A DNA stretch of 64,000 nucleotides from an uncultured Thermoplasmata archaeon (lineage in GTDB: Archaea > Thermoplasmatota > Thermoplasmata > UBA10834), in the NCBI GenBank assembly GCA_964644565.1, contig CAZXWO010000003.1, forward strand, positions 4,613 to 68,612, written 5' to 3'. The notes below the pieces were generated by a model. It was not told where the DNA came from. It worked only from the letters and a program-made list of their open reading frames with translations, and did no database searches. Below, piece by piece: positions 43,599 through 53,641 of the stretch (positions are counted from its first letter, which is position 1; each line of letters opens with the position of its first letter). Both the position numbers and the translations under genes were made by a program.

Positions 43599-46559
43599 AT
43601 GATATTCAAGAGGCTCGCCGATACGGTCGTCCGGCACCACAAGCTGATAATCGTCCTATGGGCCTTAGCCCTCCTCTACATCGCCCCCGCGATCACTGGC
43701 GTGAACGACGTGCTCGTCTACCAGGAGACGGAGATGGTCGAGGGGGAGATGGAGTCCCTCGAAGCCCAGAAGATAATCGACGAGCAGTTCCCATCCACGC
43801 TCGCGAACAGCACACTCATGATAGTGCTCATCGGCCCTGACGTCGGTTCCCCTGAGGCGAGGGACTTCTGCATAGACCTCGGGGACACGATCAACGGCGG
43901 GGGCAACCTCACGTACTTCGAGGACTACACGTCAGTCTACTCCGTCTACGAGGGGATGGTCTATTCCCTGGCGGCGGAGCTGGGCCCCGCGACCCACGAG
44001 ACCGAATACCAGGTCAGCCTCGCCACATCCCTGCTCTACGGGGTGCCTGCCGCCTACCTCGGCAGCTGGATGTACACGGACCCCCTGCTCACCGTGACCG
44101 AGAGGGACTACCAGGCGTACCTTGCCACCATGGCGGTCCTCCCGACACTCCTGGAGTCTGCCGACGCAGACCAGGTCCAGCTGACGTACCACTACTTCTC
44201 CGCGTTCACCGCCGCATGGAACTCCACCGCGGCCAACTCCACGCTCGTCAACGACCCGCAGCTGAGGGCGGAGGTCGCTATAGGGACAGCCGCGCCGCAG
44301 TTCATCGCCAGCCTCCCGTACCCGGATGACCAGAAGGCGATCATGTACGCCGCGCTCTCGTCGTTCGACATGTCGGACTTCTCGAACCTCACGCTCATCC
44401 ATGCGTTCTCGGTCTCGACCGTCGCCGCATATGCTGGAATCGCCGACCTGGGGTTCGTCGAGGAGACATACGCCCTCGGCCCGGAATACACCCCCGAAGA
44501 GCTCGCGGTCTTCTCGAGGACCGTGGTCAGCTCCAACTCGCTGTCCACTCTCCCGGTCCAGCTCCCTCCCGAGTACCTCTCGAGCCTCGTGAGCCCTGAC
44601 AACAGCGCGACTCTCATCATACTCAGCTTCTCGGTGGAGTCCGGCTACACGCTGTCGGACGGCGAGAAGCCCATCGTCGAGAATGTCAGGGCCGTCAGGG
44701 AGATGGTCGCTGAGTCGGAGGAGCTCTTCCTGACGTCCGAGTACCAGACGTATGTGACAGGCGACGCCGCCCTGACCGCGGACATGGAGGAGTCGATGAT
44801 GGACGAGCTCTCCCTCATCGAACCCATCACGATAGTCATAATCATAGTCCTCATGGGGATCTTCTTCCGGTCCGTCGTGGCCCAGTTCCTCCCCCTGGGA
44901 GGGGTCATGGTCGCCCTGGGCGTGAGCCAGGCGGTAGTCTTCGCCATAGGGACCCTCGTGGCGGACATCCACTTCTCGGTCGTCACCATGCTCTTCAGCA
45001 TACTGATGGGCGTCGGCACGGACTATGCCATATTCATCGTTGCGAGGTACCGCGAGGAGCGCATCAAGGGGCACAACCGAGAGGAGTCCGTGCGGACATC
45101 GGTCACCTGGGCGGGGGAGAGCATCACCACGAGCGGGGCGACCGTCATGATCTCGTTCTTCGCCCTGGGGATCGCCGACTTCTCCATGATAAAGACGATG
45201 GGGCTGGTGCTCGGCATCGCGATCGCCATATCGCTCCTCGTCGCGCTGACGCTCGTCCCCTCGCTGATCATGCTCCTGGGGAACAGGATATTCTGGCCCA
45301 CCAGGGGCGCGCGGTGGTACAGGTTCGCAGAGAGGACCATGGAGAGGAGGGCGCAGGGGCACCGCGGCTACTTCTACAAGGCCGCCAACTTCTCGATCAA
45401 GCACTCCAAGGCCGTGCTCGTCGCGGCCCTCCTGATCTCCGTTCCGACCACCTACGTGTTCCTGGAGGCGGAGACGAGCTTCGACTTCATAGGCGGGATG
45501 GCGTCCGGAGTGGAGAGCGGCGACGGGATAGCCGCGATGACAGACGCCTTCGGCGCGGGGCGCATAATGCCCACGCAGATAGCTGTCGTCTTCGACGGAC
45601 CCGTCTACTCGGAGGGCAGCTTCAACATCAGCAGGCTCCGCGCCATAGACGGCATCACAGCAGTCCTGGCAGGGACTGAGAACGTGAAGCTGGCGACGGG
45701 CGTGACCAACCCGACGGGGGCCCCGGTCGACTACGTGAACCTCAGCGCGATGTCGCCCGATGCCAGGGCGGCGCAGGAGGCGCAGATGCTCCCGATGGTC
45801 GGGGTCGACGGGCGCACCGTCCTCTTCACCGTAGTCATGGAGGCCGGTCCGATGACGCCCGAGTCGATGGACGCGGTCAAAGTCATCAGGGACGACCTGG
45901 CAGACCTGAAGGCCAGGGACGCGGCCTTGTCGTCCGCCGAGATCTACGTCGGCGGGTCCTCCGCGGTCATATACGACCTCAAGATCGACCTGGACAGACA
46001 GTTCGCGACCATGGAGATAATAGTGGTCATAGGCATATTCATCGTCCTGCTGATAGTGCTTGGCGCGGTGCTCCTGTCCCTGTTCGCGATAGTGTCCATC
46101 ATGCTCAGCATCACGTGGGCGTTCGCCGCGACCGTGGGAGTCTTCGGCTACGCGCTGGGGGAGCCCATACTCTGGATCATACCCCTCATACTGTTCATCA
46201 TGCTGATGGGGATCGGGATGGACTACAACGTCTTCATCCTGACCAGGATACGCGAGGAGATCCACAAGGGGAAGAGCGACAAGGACGCGATCGTCGAATC
46301 ACTCGACTGGACCGGGGGCATCATCACCGCACTCGCCGTCATAATGGGCTCCGCGTTCAGCATGATGATGATCTCCAGCACTATGATGCTCAAGGAGATC
46401 GGGTTCGCGCTGGCTTTCGCGATACTCCTCGACGCGATGGTGGTCAGGACGTACATCGTTCCGGCGATGATGACCACCCTCGGCAAGTGGGGATGGTGGG
46501 CGCCTGGACCGCTCCAGAGGGAGAGGAGAGGCACGAAGAGCGGTTCGCACGAGGAGTGA
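43599..46559 (+). CDS. MMPL/RND-superfamily lipid-type exporter
   Basis: The protein is 986 aa with a 2 x 6 TM layout and two large loops. It carries duplicated MMPL signatures GVGTDYAIFIVARYREER and GIGMDYNVFILTRIREE. Confidence 0.9.
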   Translation: MIFKRLADTVVRHHKLIIVLWALALLYIAPAITGVNDVLVYQETEMVEGEMESLEAQKIIDEQFPSTLANSTLMIVLIGPDVGSPEARDFCIDLGDTINGGGNLTYFEDYTSVYSVYEGMVYSLAAELGPATHETEYQVSLATSLLYGVPAAYLGSWMYTDPLLTVTERDYQAYLATMAVLPTLLESADADQVQLTYHYFSAFTAAWNSTAANSTLVNDPQLRAEVAIGTAAPQFIASLPYPDDQKAIMYAALSSFDMSDFSNLTLIHAFSVSTVAAYAGIADLGFVEETYALGPEYTPEELAVFSRTVVSSNSLSTLPVQLPPEYLSSLVSPDNSATLIILSFSVESGYTLSDGEKPIVENVRAVREMVAESEELFLTSEYQTYVTGDAALTADMEESMMDELSLIEPITIVIIIVLMGIFFRSVVAQFLPLGGVMVALGVSQAVVFAIGTLVADIHFSVVTMLFSILMGVGTDYAIFIVARYREERIKGHNREESVRTSVTWAGESITTSGATVMISFFALGIADFSMIKTMGLVLGIAIAISLLVALTLVPSLIMLLGNRIFWPTRGARWYRFAERTMERRAQGHRGYFYKAANFSIKHSKAVLVAALLISVPTTYVFLEAETSFDFIGGMASGVESGDGIAAMTDAFGAGRIMPTQIAVVFDGPVYSEGSFNISRLRAIDGITAVLAGTENVKLATGVTNPTGAPVDYVNLSAMSPDARAAQEAQMLPMVGVDGRTVLFTVVMEAGPMTPESMDAVKVIRDDLADLKARDAALSSAEIYVGGSSAVIYDLKIDLDRQFATMEIIVVIGIFIVLLIVLGAVLLSLFAIVSIMLSITWAFAATVGVFGYALGEPILWIIPLILFIMLMGIGMDYNVFILTRIREEIHKGKSDKDAIVESLDWTGGIITALAVIMGSAFSMMMISSTMMLKEIGFALAFAILLDAMVVRTYIVPAMMTTLGKWGWWAPGPLQRERRGTKSGSHEE

Positions 46560-46604
46560 GCATCGGAAGAGAGTTCACCCCCGACGGACATTCCCTGTCG
46601 AAGC

Positions 46605-47654
46605 ATGCTAGTCGATGAGATAAACAGGATGGTCGACGAGTCCGCGAACCGCCTGCTCCAGAGCTCCTCCCCGTCGATGAGGTACTGGGTACTGAAGGAC
46701 ATCCTCAAGAGGGACCGCGAGGACCTGAGGGTCCAGCGGGCCCTGCACGAGTGCGAGATGTACCCTCCGAGGCTCCGTCTCCTCGAGAAGATGAACCCAG
46801 ACGGCACCTGGCCGACGCCGCCGGTGAAGGAAGGAGGCGACCCCTCCCGCGGCCTCGGCTACCTCGTGCACGTGACCATGCTGAAGAACCTCCTGAGACT
46901 CCTCCACTTCGTCACCCCGCCTGGAGACATGCGCGTGGAAGCCTCATTGGAGAGATTGCTCAGCTGGCAGGCTCCCGACGGACGCATCCGGGGCCCGATG
47001 ACGCACGGCCTCCCCCAGCCGCACTACGACGGCTACGCCCTCTACGTGCTGGTCGGGTTGTCCGCCGAGGAGGGCGAACGACTGAACAGGCTCGCGAAAT
47101 GGCTCATGTCCAACCAGAGGAAGGACGGTGGGTGGAACATGCCCTACCTCCAGGATGTGAGGTACCTCCCGCAGTACAGGAACATCGGCATGGACGAGTT
47201 CACCGCGCTGATGCGGACGGAGGAGAGGGAGAGGCACGACCCCGGAGAGCTCCGGGACGTCCCGAGCTGCCACTGGACCACCATGATGGTCCTCTGGGGG
47301 CTGAACGAGATGATGTGGACCAGGAAATCGAAGTGTGTCGAGAGGGGAACCGACTTCCTTCTGAGCAGGTTCTTCCAGAGGAACCCGCACTCGAACTTCT
47401 ACGAGAGCGAGAAGAACTGGACAGCGGTCAAGTACCCGCACAACAAGTGCAGTGGCCTCGCCGCGCTGGACGTGCTCACAAAAGCGGGCAGAGGCCCCGA
47501 CGACCCGAGGATGGAGAAACCGATCCGATGGTTGATGTCCTCCAGGTACCGCGACGGTTTCTGGACAGACTCGGACAGGCCTCACACCGAGACGGGCCAG
47601 TGGATCACACTACTGGCCCTTTGGGTGCTCAACCAGTACGCTGAGAAACTATGA
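46605..47654 (+). CDS. prenyltransferase/terpene-cyclase-like alpha-alpha toroid repeat protein
   Basis: Four repeats of the L-x3-Q/N-x-x-DG-x-W type are present: LLEKMNPDGTWP, LLSWQAPDGRIRG, LMSNQRKDGGWNM and LMSSRYRDGFWTD. Confidence 0.6.
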   Translation: MLVDEINRMVDESANRLLQSSSPSMRYWVLKDILKRDREDLRVQRALHECEMYPPRLRLLEKMNPDGTWPTPPVKEGGDPSRGLGYLVHVTMLKNLLRLLHFVTPPGDMRVEASLERLLSWQAPDGRIRGPMTHGLPQPHYDGYALYVLVGLSAEEGERLNRLAKWLMSNQRKDGGWNMPYLQDVRYLPQYRNIGMDEFTALMRTEERERHDPGELRDVPSCHWTTMMVLWGLNEMMWTRKSKCVERGTDFLLSRFFQRNPHSNFYESEKNWTAVKYPHNKCSGLAALDVLTKAGRGPDDPRMEKPIRWLMSSRYRDGFWTDSDRPHTETGQWITLLALWVLNQYAEKL

Positions 47655-47716
47655 CGCCGTCCCATGGGGCAAGCGGGCGGACCCGATGACGAACAGTTCT
47701 TAACCGCGGAACGGAT

Positions 47717-48352
47717 TTGGTGGCCCCGGACGCATCCATGACGACCGGGAAGAAGGACCCCAGGCCGGACAGACTGGTCAGGGCCGCCAAGGAGCTCGGG
47801 GCGGACGAGGCGAAGATCGTCGACACCGAGCGCATCGTGGTGGACGAGAGGGTCAGGCTGAAGTGCCTCGTCCCCGTCTGCGACAGCTACGGGAGACACC
47901 TCATGTGCCCCCCGAATCTCATGTCCGTCAAGGACTTCGCCCAGGTCCTGAGACGGTACAGGAAGGCGCTGATATTGCAGGTCGAGGCGGACTACGACTC
48001 GTACGGCAAGGCCGGAAGGCACCTCAGCAAGAGGACCTGCGACGAACTGGAGAGGGCGACGAACACGCGTGAGTGGAAGACCACGCTGCACGAGCTGGTC
48101 AACCGGGTCGAGGCGGCCGCCTTCAAGGAGGGGTACTACCTCGCCGCGGGACTGATAGGCGGCAGCTGCGCCCTCTGCCCCGAATGCGTATCTCACCAGA
48201 GCGGCGAACCGTGCAGACGCCCGTTCGAAGCGAGGCCGTCGATGGAGGCGATGGGGATTGATGTGCTCAAGACCTGCGAGAACGCCGGTCTCCCGCTCTC
48301 CCTGTCGTCGAAGGAGAAGGTCAGGTGGACCGGGCTCGTCCTGCTCGACTGA
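47717..48352 (+). CDS. Cys-rich predicted metal-binding protein (DUF2284-like)
   Basis: Contains CLVPVCDSYGRHLMCPP and GGSCALCPECV...PCRRPFEARPSMEAMGIDV. The start is TTG 47717 or ATG 47738. Confidence 0.6.
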   Translation: MVAPDASMTTGKKDPRPDRLVRAAKELGADEAKIVDTERIVVDERVRLKCLVPVCDSYGRHLMCPPNLMSVKDFAQVLRRYRKALILQVEADYDSYGKAGRHLSKRTCDELERATNTREWKTTLHELVNRVEAAAFKEGYYLAAGLIGGSCALCPECVSHQSGEPCRRPFEARPSMEAMGIDVLKTCENAGLPLSLSSKEKVRWTGLVLLD

Positions 48353-48483
48353 ACGCTCACTCTGGATCACGCCAAATCGGCACAGAACCCGACTCGCGCC
48401 GCGACCAGCACGTCGGTGGGCCTCGGATGCCGTCGAGGGGTGGACCCCGAGGTCGATGCAATCCGTCGGAATCTGCGACCGGT

Positions 48484-49521
48484 TCATTGTCCTTCGGCGA
48501 GATTGATTGCGATCTCGGCTATGTCCGACGAGTACCCACCAGTCCTCTCGATGCTCTCAATCACGAAAGCCAGCCCGACCGCGACCCTCCCACGCCTCTT
48601 CATCGTCTCGTCGAGGAACGCATCCGCCTTCTCCCTCAGGACGGCTGTCCGCTCGATGCAGTCGTTCGCCAATTCGGAGTCCCTCTTGAACAACGCCTCG
48701 ACGCTCCTGTCCATGATCGATGAAGCCTCTCCGCCGAGCTGTTCCAGTGCCTTCATCGTGTCACCATCGACCCTCGAATCGCCAAGCATCCCGACGCTGC
48801 GTGCGATCCTGGTCGCGTGATCGGCAATCCTCTCGATAGCCTTCGATGCCAGAAGCATGGAATCGGACTCGAGCCAGGTCGTCTTCATCTTGGCAGCGAA
48901 GGATATGTTCCGTCGTATCATGGCGTGCTGCTTCTCGACGAACCAATGAAGGCGGTCCACCTCATCATCGCGGGATATCACGCCCTCGGCCATACCCTTG
49001 TCGAGATCCATCACGGCCCTCACGGACTCCTCCAGCATGTTCTTCGACATCAGGTGCATCCTCCGCACGACCTTCCTCATGTCCAGGTCGGCGTGATCCG
49101 CGACGTCTTGGAGGACCACCAGGTTGGAGCTCTCCTCCACGACCTCCGGGCCGATGACACGGCGGGAGAAGTCCTGGATGGTGCGCCTCAGCTCAGGGGT
49201 GATCCGGCCCTTGCTGCGTATCTCGATGACGTCCCACCCCGTGACATATGACCCGACCAGCTGCCTGAGCAGGGTCTTCGAATCCGTCGCATGGGTCACT
49301 TCGATGACCTTGACCAACCTCTCGGACTCTCGCGGGACGTGCGGATCGACCGTCAGAGTGCCGTCGCCGGTCACGCTCAAGGCGACCTGGTCGCCCTTCC
49401 TCAGTCCGCTGGTCTGAATCCACTTCTTGGGAAGAGACACGACGTATGTGGACCCACCTGTCTTCTGTATCTTCCTAGTCTCTTGCATGCCAGACCTCTC
49501 CACCCGGTGTTCTTCGTTCAT
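48484..49521 (-). CDS. AbrB/SpoVT-domain + PhoU-domain phosphate uptake regulator (archaeal type)
   Basis: RKIQKTGGSTYVVSLPKKWIQTSGLRKGDQV is the AbrB-like swapped hairpin. Two PhoU-like helical repeats follow. Confidence 0.85.
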   Translation of the reverse strand: MNEEHRVERSGMQETRKIQKTGGSTYVVSLPKKWIQTSGLRKGDQVALSVTGDGTLTVDPHVPRESERLVKVIEVTHATDSKTLLRQLVGSYVTGWDVIEIRSKGRITPELRRTIQDFSRRVIGPEVVEESSNLVVLQDVADHADLDMRKVVRRMHLMSKNMLEESVRAVMDLDKGMAEGVISRDDEVDRLHWFVEKQHAMIRRNISFAAKMKTTWLESDSMLLASKAIERIADHATRIARSVGMLGDSRVDGDTMKALEQLGGEASSIMDRSVEALFKRDSELANDCIERTAVLREKADAFLDETMKRRGRVAVGLAFVIESIERTGGYSSDIAEIAINLAEGQ

Positions 49522-49560
49522 CTCAGTACTCTGCGCCGACTTCAGTCTTATGTATGATTA

Positions 49561-49578
49561 CTATATACATCTATATAC
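49561..49578. promoter_or_regulatory. tandem CTATATAC repeats (10-bp phase) in the phoU-abrB / pstS divergent spacer
   Basis: CTATATAC occurs at 49561-49568 and 49571-49578, in the only AT-rich patch of the spacer. These may be TATA boxes and/or an operator. Confidence 0.4.
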
Positions 49579-49805
49579 TTATCAACGTGCCATTCTTTGA
49601 CAGCCACCTCTACACACCCAATGCTCTTCTGCGCCCACGACCACTCTCCGGGTGAGAAGAGATGAGAGAGATGAGACAAAGGTCCGTGAGAGAACCGCAG
49701 ACACTTGCAGATATCGAGGACCGGAAGTTGTTCGACGAAGTACCAGAAGACCTTGCCGCTGAGCTACGGTCGAAGTGAGTGAACTGAAGTAAGGTTGAGA
49801 GTGAG

Positions 49806-50981
49806 ATGAACATGAACGAGACGAGGAAGGACAACGGAAGAAACGGGGAACGACCAACGGTCATGCCCCACAGGGGAGGGAGCAATATGATCTACGTCGG
49901 CGCCGCAATCGCGGTCGTCGCGATAGTGATCGTCGCCGCCTTTGCGATGGGCATACTATCAACGGGGTCGAGGGAGAGCGTATCATTGACTGGCGCGGGC
50001 GCGACGTTCCCCATGCCCCTCATACTGAAGTGGGCTGATGAATACTACAACGTCACCGACGGGGCAGTCAAGATAAACTACGGCGGAGGCGGCAGCGGTG
50101 CGGGTATCACGCAGATCAAGGAGAAGCAGGTGGACTTCGCAGGGACTGATGCGCCGCTGAGCGCCACTGAGTCGTCTACCTACGGCCTTGTGCACATACC
50201 GGAGACGCTCGGGGCCGTGGTAGTCGCATACAACCTGCCGGGCATCACCTCCCTGAGACTGGACGGGGACACCATGGCGAAGATCTTCATGAAGGACATC
50301 AGCGTCTGGAACGATCCGGCTATCGCCGCGCTCAACCCGGGCGCGACGCTCCCCGATGAGTCCATAGCGACGGTCGTCCGGTCCGATTCCTCCGGGACGA
50401 CGTTCGTGTTCACCGGATACCTCGTCATAGTCAGCCCAGTGTTCGAGGAGCTGTACGGACAGGGGAAGACGGTGGCTTGGCCCAACGGCACGCTTGCGCA
50501 GTCAGGCAACTCCGGCGTGGCCCAGGCCGTCCAGGGGACGAGCTACTCCATAGGGTACATAGAACTCGCATACGCACTTGAGAACGACATATCGTTCGCG
50601 CAGGTGGAGAACCACGACGGACAGTTCATCACGGCGTCCCTGGACACGACAGCGGCCGCGGCAGCGGCGGCGGTCCCTGCCCTACCGGCGGGCGACGGGG
50701 ACTGGTCCGAGGTGCATGTCCTGAACGCACCAGGGTCCGACTCATACCCCATAGTCACCTTCACGTACATCCTGATCTACAAGGAACTGTACAACGAGGA
50801 GACCGAGATGAACAAGACGGCGGCCGAGACCCTCCTGGACTTCATCTGGTGGGCGGTCCACGACGACGGACAGGCGCTGGCGGGTCCGCTCCAGTATGCG
50901 CCTCTCCCCGACGCGGTCGTGGAGCTCAACGAGGAGACGCTCAGGTCGATCACCTACCAGGGCGAACCCCTGATGGACTGA
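49806..50981 (+). CDS. pstS: phosphate ABC transporter substrate-binding protein
   Basis: An N-terminal TM anchor is followed by LTGAGATFPMP, GGGSGAG and SDSSGTTFVFT PstS motifs. The start may be an internal ATG. Confidence 0.9.
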   Translation: MNMNETRKDNGRNGERPTVMPHRGGSNMIYVGAAIAVVAIVIVAAFAMGILSTGSRESVSLTGAGATFPMPLILKWADEYYNVTDGAVKINYGGGGSGAGITQIKEKQVDFAGTDAPLSATESSTYGLVHIPETLGAVVVAYNLPGITSLRLDGDTMAKIFMKDISVWNDPAIAALNPGATLPDESIATVVRSDSSGTTFVFTGYLVIVSPVFEELYGQGKTVAWPNGTLAQSGNSGVAQAVQGTSYSIGYIELAYALENDISFAQVENHDGQFITASLDTTAAAAAAAVPALPAGDGDWSEVHVLNAPGSDSYPIVTFTYILIYKELYNEETEMNKTAAETLLDFIWWAVHDDGQALAGPLQYAPLPDAVVELNEETLRSITYQGEPLMD

Positions 50982-51065
50982 GGCGACGAAACACCGTAAA
51001 CCCTTTCATGAAACCCCTGCCCGGCGGGACTAGGACCCTGGCGGGAAGGGGGATAGGGCGGCGCA

Positions 51066-52031
51066 ATGATGGGCTGGTCAAAGGGAAAGCAGGGAAGGAA
51101 GAGGGGCAGGGCATCCCTCGAGGACAAGTTGTTCAAGTATGCGGTCATGGGGGTCGCAGCCCTCGTGCTGGCCCTGCTATGGGCACTCGTCTCCAAACTG
51201 GTGCTGGACGCGCTACCCTCGATGGAGGCCTTCGGGATCGGGTTCCTCACGAGCACGGTATGGGACCCCAACCGAGAGCTGTACACTGCCCTTCCATTCA
51301 TCTTCGGGACCCTGGTGACCTCCGCGGTCGCGATTGCCATCGGCGTGCCCATCAGCATAGGCATCGCGATATACCTCTCCGAACTGGCGCCCGCGTCCGT
51401 ACGCGAGCCGCTGTCGTTCCTGATCGAACTCCTGGCCGCTGTCCCCAGCGTCATATACGGACTCTGGGCGATATACACGCTCAGACCGTTGCTCACCGGT
51501 TCGGTGGAGCCGTTCCTGATCGACACACTGGGCTGGACACCCTTCTTCGAGGGTGCGGCCTTCGGCATCGACAAGCTGGCCGCCGGGATCATACTCGCGA
51601 TCATGATCATACCAACCGTCGCCTCCGTCTCCAAGGAGAGCATGATGGCCGTGCCCGACTCGCAGAGGGAGGCCGCCCTGAGCCTCGGGGCCACGAAGTA
51701 CGAGACCACGCGCATAGCGGTCCTGAGCTACGCGCGGTCCGGGATATTCGGGGCGACGATACTGGGCCTCGGGAGGGCAGTGGGGGAGACGATGGCCGTG
51801 ACGATGACCATAGGGAACGCGAACATCATCTCCTGGTCCCTGCTCGACCCCGGCCAGACCATGGCTAGCGTCATCGCGAACAACTGGGGCGAGGCGGACG
51901 GGCTGATGCTCTCGTCCCTCATCGAGATCGGGGTCGTGCTGTTCGTCGTGGCGCTGATGGTGAACGTCTTCGCTCGCCTCATGATAGGCCGCGTCATGAA
52001 GGCGGTCCCGATGACCGGAGGGGGACTATGA
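51066..52031 (+). CDS. pstC: phosphate ABC transporter permease PstC
   Basis: Contains the EAA-loop region REAALSLGATKYETT and 6 TM helices. Confidence 0.9.
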   Translation: MMGWSKGKQGRKRGRASLEDKLFKYAVMGVAALVLALLWALVSKLVLDALPSMEAFGIGFLTSTVWDPNRELYTALPFIFGTLVTSAVAIAIGVPISIGIAIYLSELAPASVREPLSFLIELLAAVPSVIYGLWAIYTLRPLLTGSVEPFLIDTLGWTPFFEGAAFGIDKLAAGIILAIMIIPTVASVSKESMMAVPDSQREAALSLGATKYETTRIAVLSYARSGIFGATILGLGRAVGETMAVTMTIGNANIISWSLLDPGQTMASVIANNWGEADGLMLSSLIEIGVVLFVVALMVNVFARLMIGRVMKAVPMTGGGL

Positions 52032-52912
52032 AGGGCTATAACGTCCGAAGGTGGAAGGACAGGACTGCTTCCCTGCTCGCCCTCGGGTGTGTCCTAGTAG
52101 CCCTGGTCCCCCTCATCTCCATACTGATTGAAGTCATCACCAGGGGGGCTCCCGCGGTCGACTGGACGTTCCTCACCGAAAGGACCAAGAGCGCTGGCTC
52201 GACCGATTCCGGCATAGGGAACGCGATACTCGGGTCAGTCCTGTTGGTGGCCTGGGCGAGCCTCATAGGGCTCCCCCTGGGGGTCCTGACAGGCATATAC
52301 GTGTCCGAGTATGGCGACAACTGGTTCGGGAGGACGGTCAGGTTCTTCAACGACATCCTCGCCAACTTCCCCTCCATCGTGATCGGGCTCTTCGCGTACT
52401 CCCTCATCGTGACGGTCGTGGGCTTCTCGATGATCTCAGGGGCGTTCGCGCTCGCCATCATCATGATACCCATAGTGGCCAACACGACCGAGGAGTCGCT
52501 CAGGATGGTCCCGAACTCGCTGAGGGAGGCCTCCCTGGCGCTGGGCGTCCCCAGGTGGAGGACAGTACTCAAGGTCATGGTGTCCAACGGCAGGGCGGGC
52601 CTGGTCACGGGGGCGCTGCTCGCGATAGCCAGGGTGGCCGGCGAGACCGCCCCCTTGATACTGACTGCGTTCGGTAACAACTTCTGGGAGACCGGTCTCA
52701 CTGAGCCGGTCGCGGCTCTGCCGTTGGTGATATTCAGGAACGCGATGTCCCCGTACGCGGACCTGCAGGAGCAGGCATGGGGGGCGGCGCTCGTCCTCAT
52801 AATGATGGTGCTCTCCCTGAACGTCGTCGTGAGGCTCCTGACCAGGAAGAGGTTGAAGAGCTACAAGGCGGTGAAGAAGACATGGAAGGCAAGGTTGTCG
52901 CTGAGCGGTTGA
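52028..52912 (+). CDS. pstA: phosphate ABC transporter permease PstA
   Basis: Contains [15 protein letters not shown] and has an ATGA overlap with pstC. Confidence 0.9.
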   Translation: MKGYNVRRWKDRTASLLALGCVLVALVPLISILIEVITRGAPAVDWTFLTERTKSAGSTDSGIGNAILGSVLLVAWASLIGLPLGVLTGIYVSEYGDNWFGRTVRFFNDILANFPSIVIGLFAYSLIVTVVGFSMISGAFALAIIMIPIVANTTEESLRMVPNSLREASLALGVPRWRTVLKVMVSNGRAGLVTGALLAIARVAGETAPLILTAFGNNFWETGLTEPVAALPLVIFRNAMSPYADLQEQAWGAALVLIMMVLSLNVVVRLLTRKRLKSYKAVKKTWKARLSLSG

Positions 52913-53640
52913 ACGCGTTCTTCGGCGAGGTGCACGCGGTGAAGAACATCAACATGGCCGTCCCAGCCAACGCCATAACGGCCATAATAGGGCCCTCAGG
53001 CTGCGGGAAGTCCACCCTGATAAGGTGCTTCAACAGGATGCACGAGGTCGTCAAGGGAGCGAGGGTGGCCGGCAGGGTCCTCCTGGACGGGGAGGACATC
53101 TACGGCCCTGGGACGGACCCCGTCGAGATCCGGAGGAAGGTCGGCATGGTGTTCCAGAAGCCGAACCCGTTCCCGACCATGTCCATCTACGACAACGTCG
53201 TCGCTGGACAGAGGCTGAACGGGGAGAAGGACTGGCAGAAGCTGGACGAGGCCGTCGAGAGGAGCCTCAAACTCGCGGCCCTGTGGGACGAGGTGAAGGA
53301 CCACCTCGACGCGTCCGGCGTGAGCATCTCGGGCGGGCAGCAGCAGAGGCTGTGCATCGCGAGGGCGCTGGCAGTCCAACCAGAAGTGCTCCTGCTCGAT
53401 GAGCCGTGCTCAGCCCTGGACCCCATCGCCACCGCCAAGATAGAGGACCTGCTCTTCGACCTCAAGGACAAGTACACGATAGCCATCGTGACACACAACA
53501 TGCAGCAGGCCGCGAGGATCGCAGACTTCACGGCATTCATGTACATGGGCGAGCTGATAGAGTTCGGGGAGACGAAGAGGCTGTTCGAGAACCCTGAGGA
53601 AGAGCTGACGGAGAAGTACATCACCGGGAGGTTCGGTTGA
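52882..53640 (+). CDS. pstB: phosphate ABC transporter ATP-binding protein
   Basis: GPSGCGKST is Walker [16 protein letters not shown] is the ABC signature and [11 protein letters not shown] is Walker B. The ATG at 52882 lies inside the longer track ORF. Confidence 0.95.
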   Translation: MEGKVVAERLNAFFGEVHAVKNINMAVPANAITAIIGPSGCGKSTLIRCFNRMHEVVKGARVAGRVLLDGEDIYGPGTDPVEIRRKVGMVFQKPNPFPTMSIYDNVVAGQRLNGEKDWQKLDEAVERSLKLAALWDEVKDHLDASGVSISGGQQQRLCIARALAVQPEVLLLDEPCSALDPIATAKIEDLLFDLKDKYTIAIVTHNMQQAARIADFTAFMYMGELIEFGETKRLFENPEEELTEKYITGRFG

Positions 53641-53641
53641 G

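Noticed and set aside
43932-46265. 777-aa minus-strand ORF and 500-aa alternative plus frames across the MMPL gene
   Set aside because: The MMPL frame carries duplicated family signatures and regular TM helices. The others are typical high-GC shadow ORFs.
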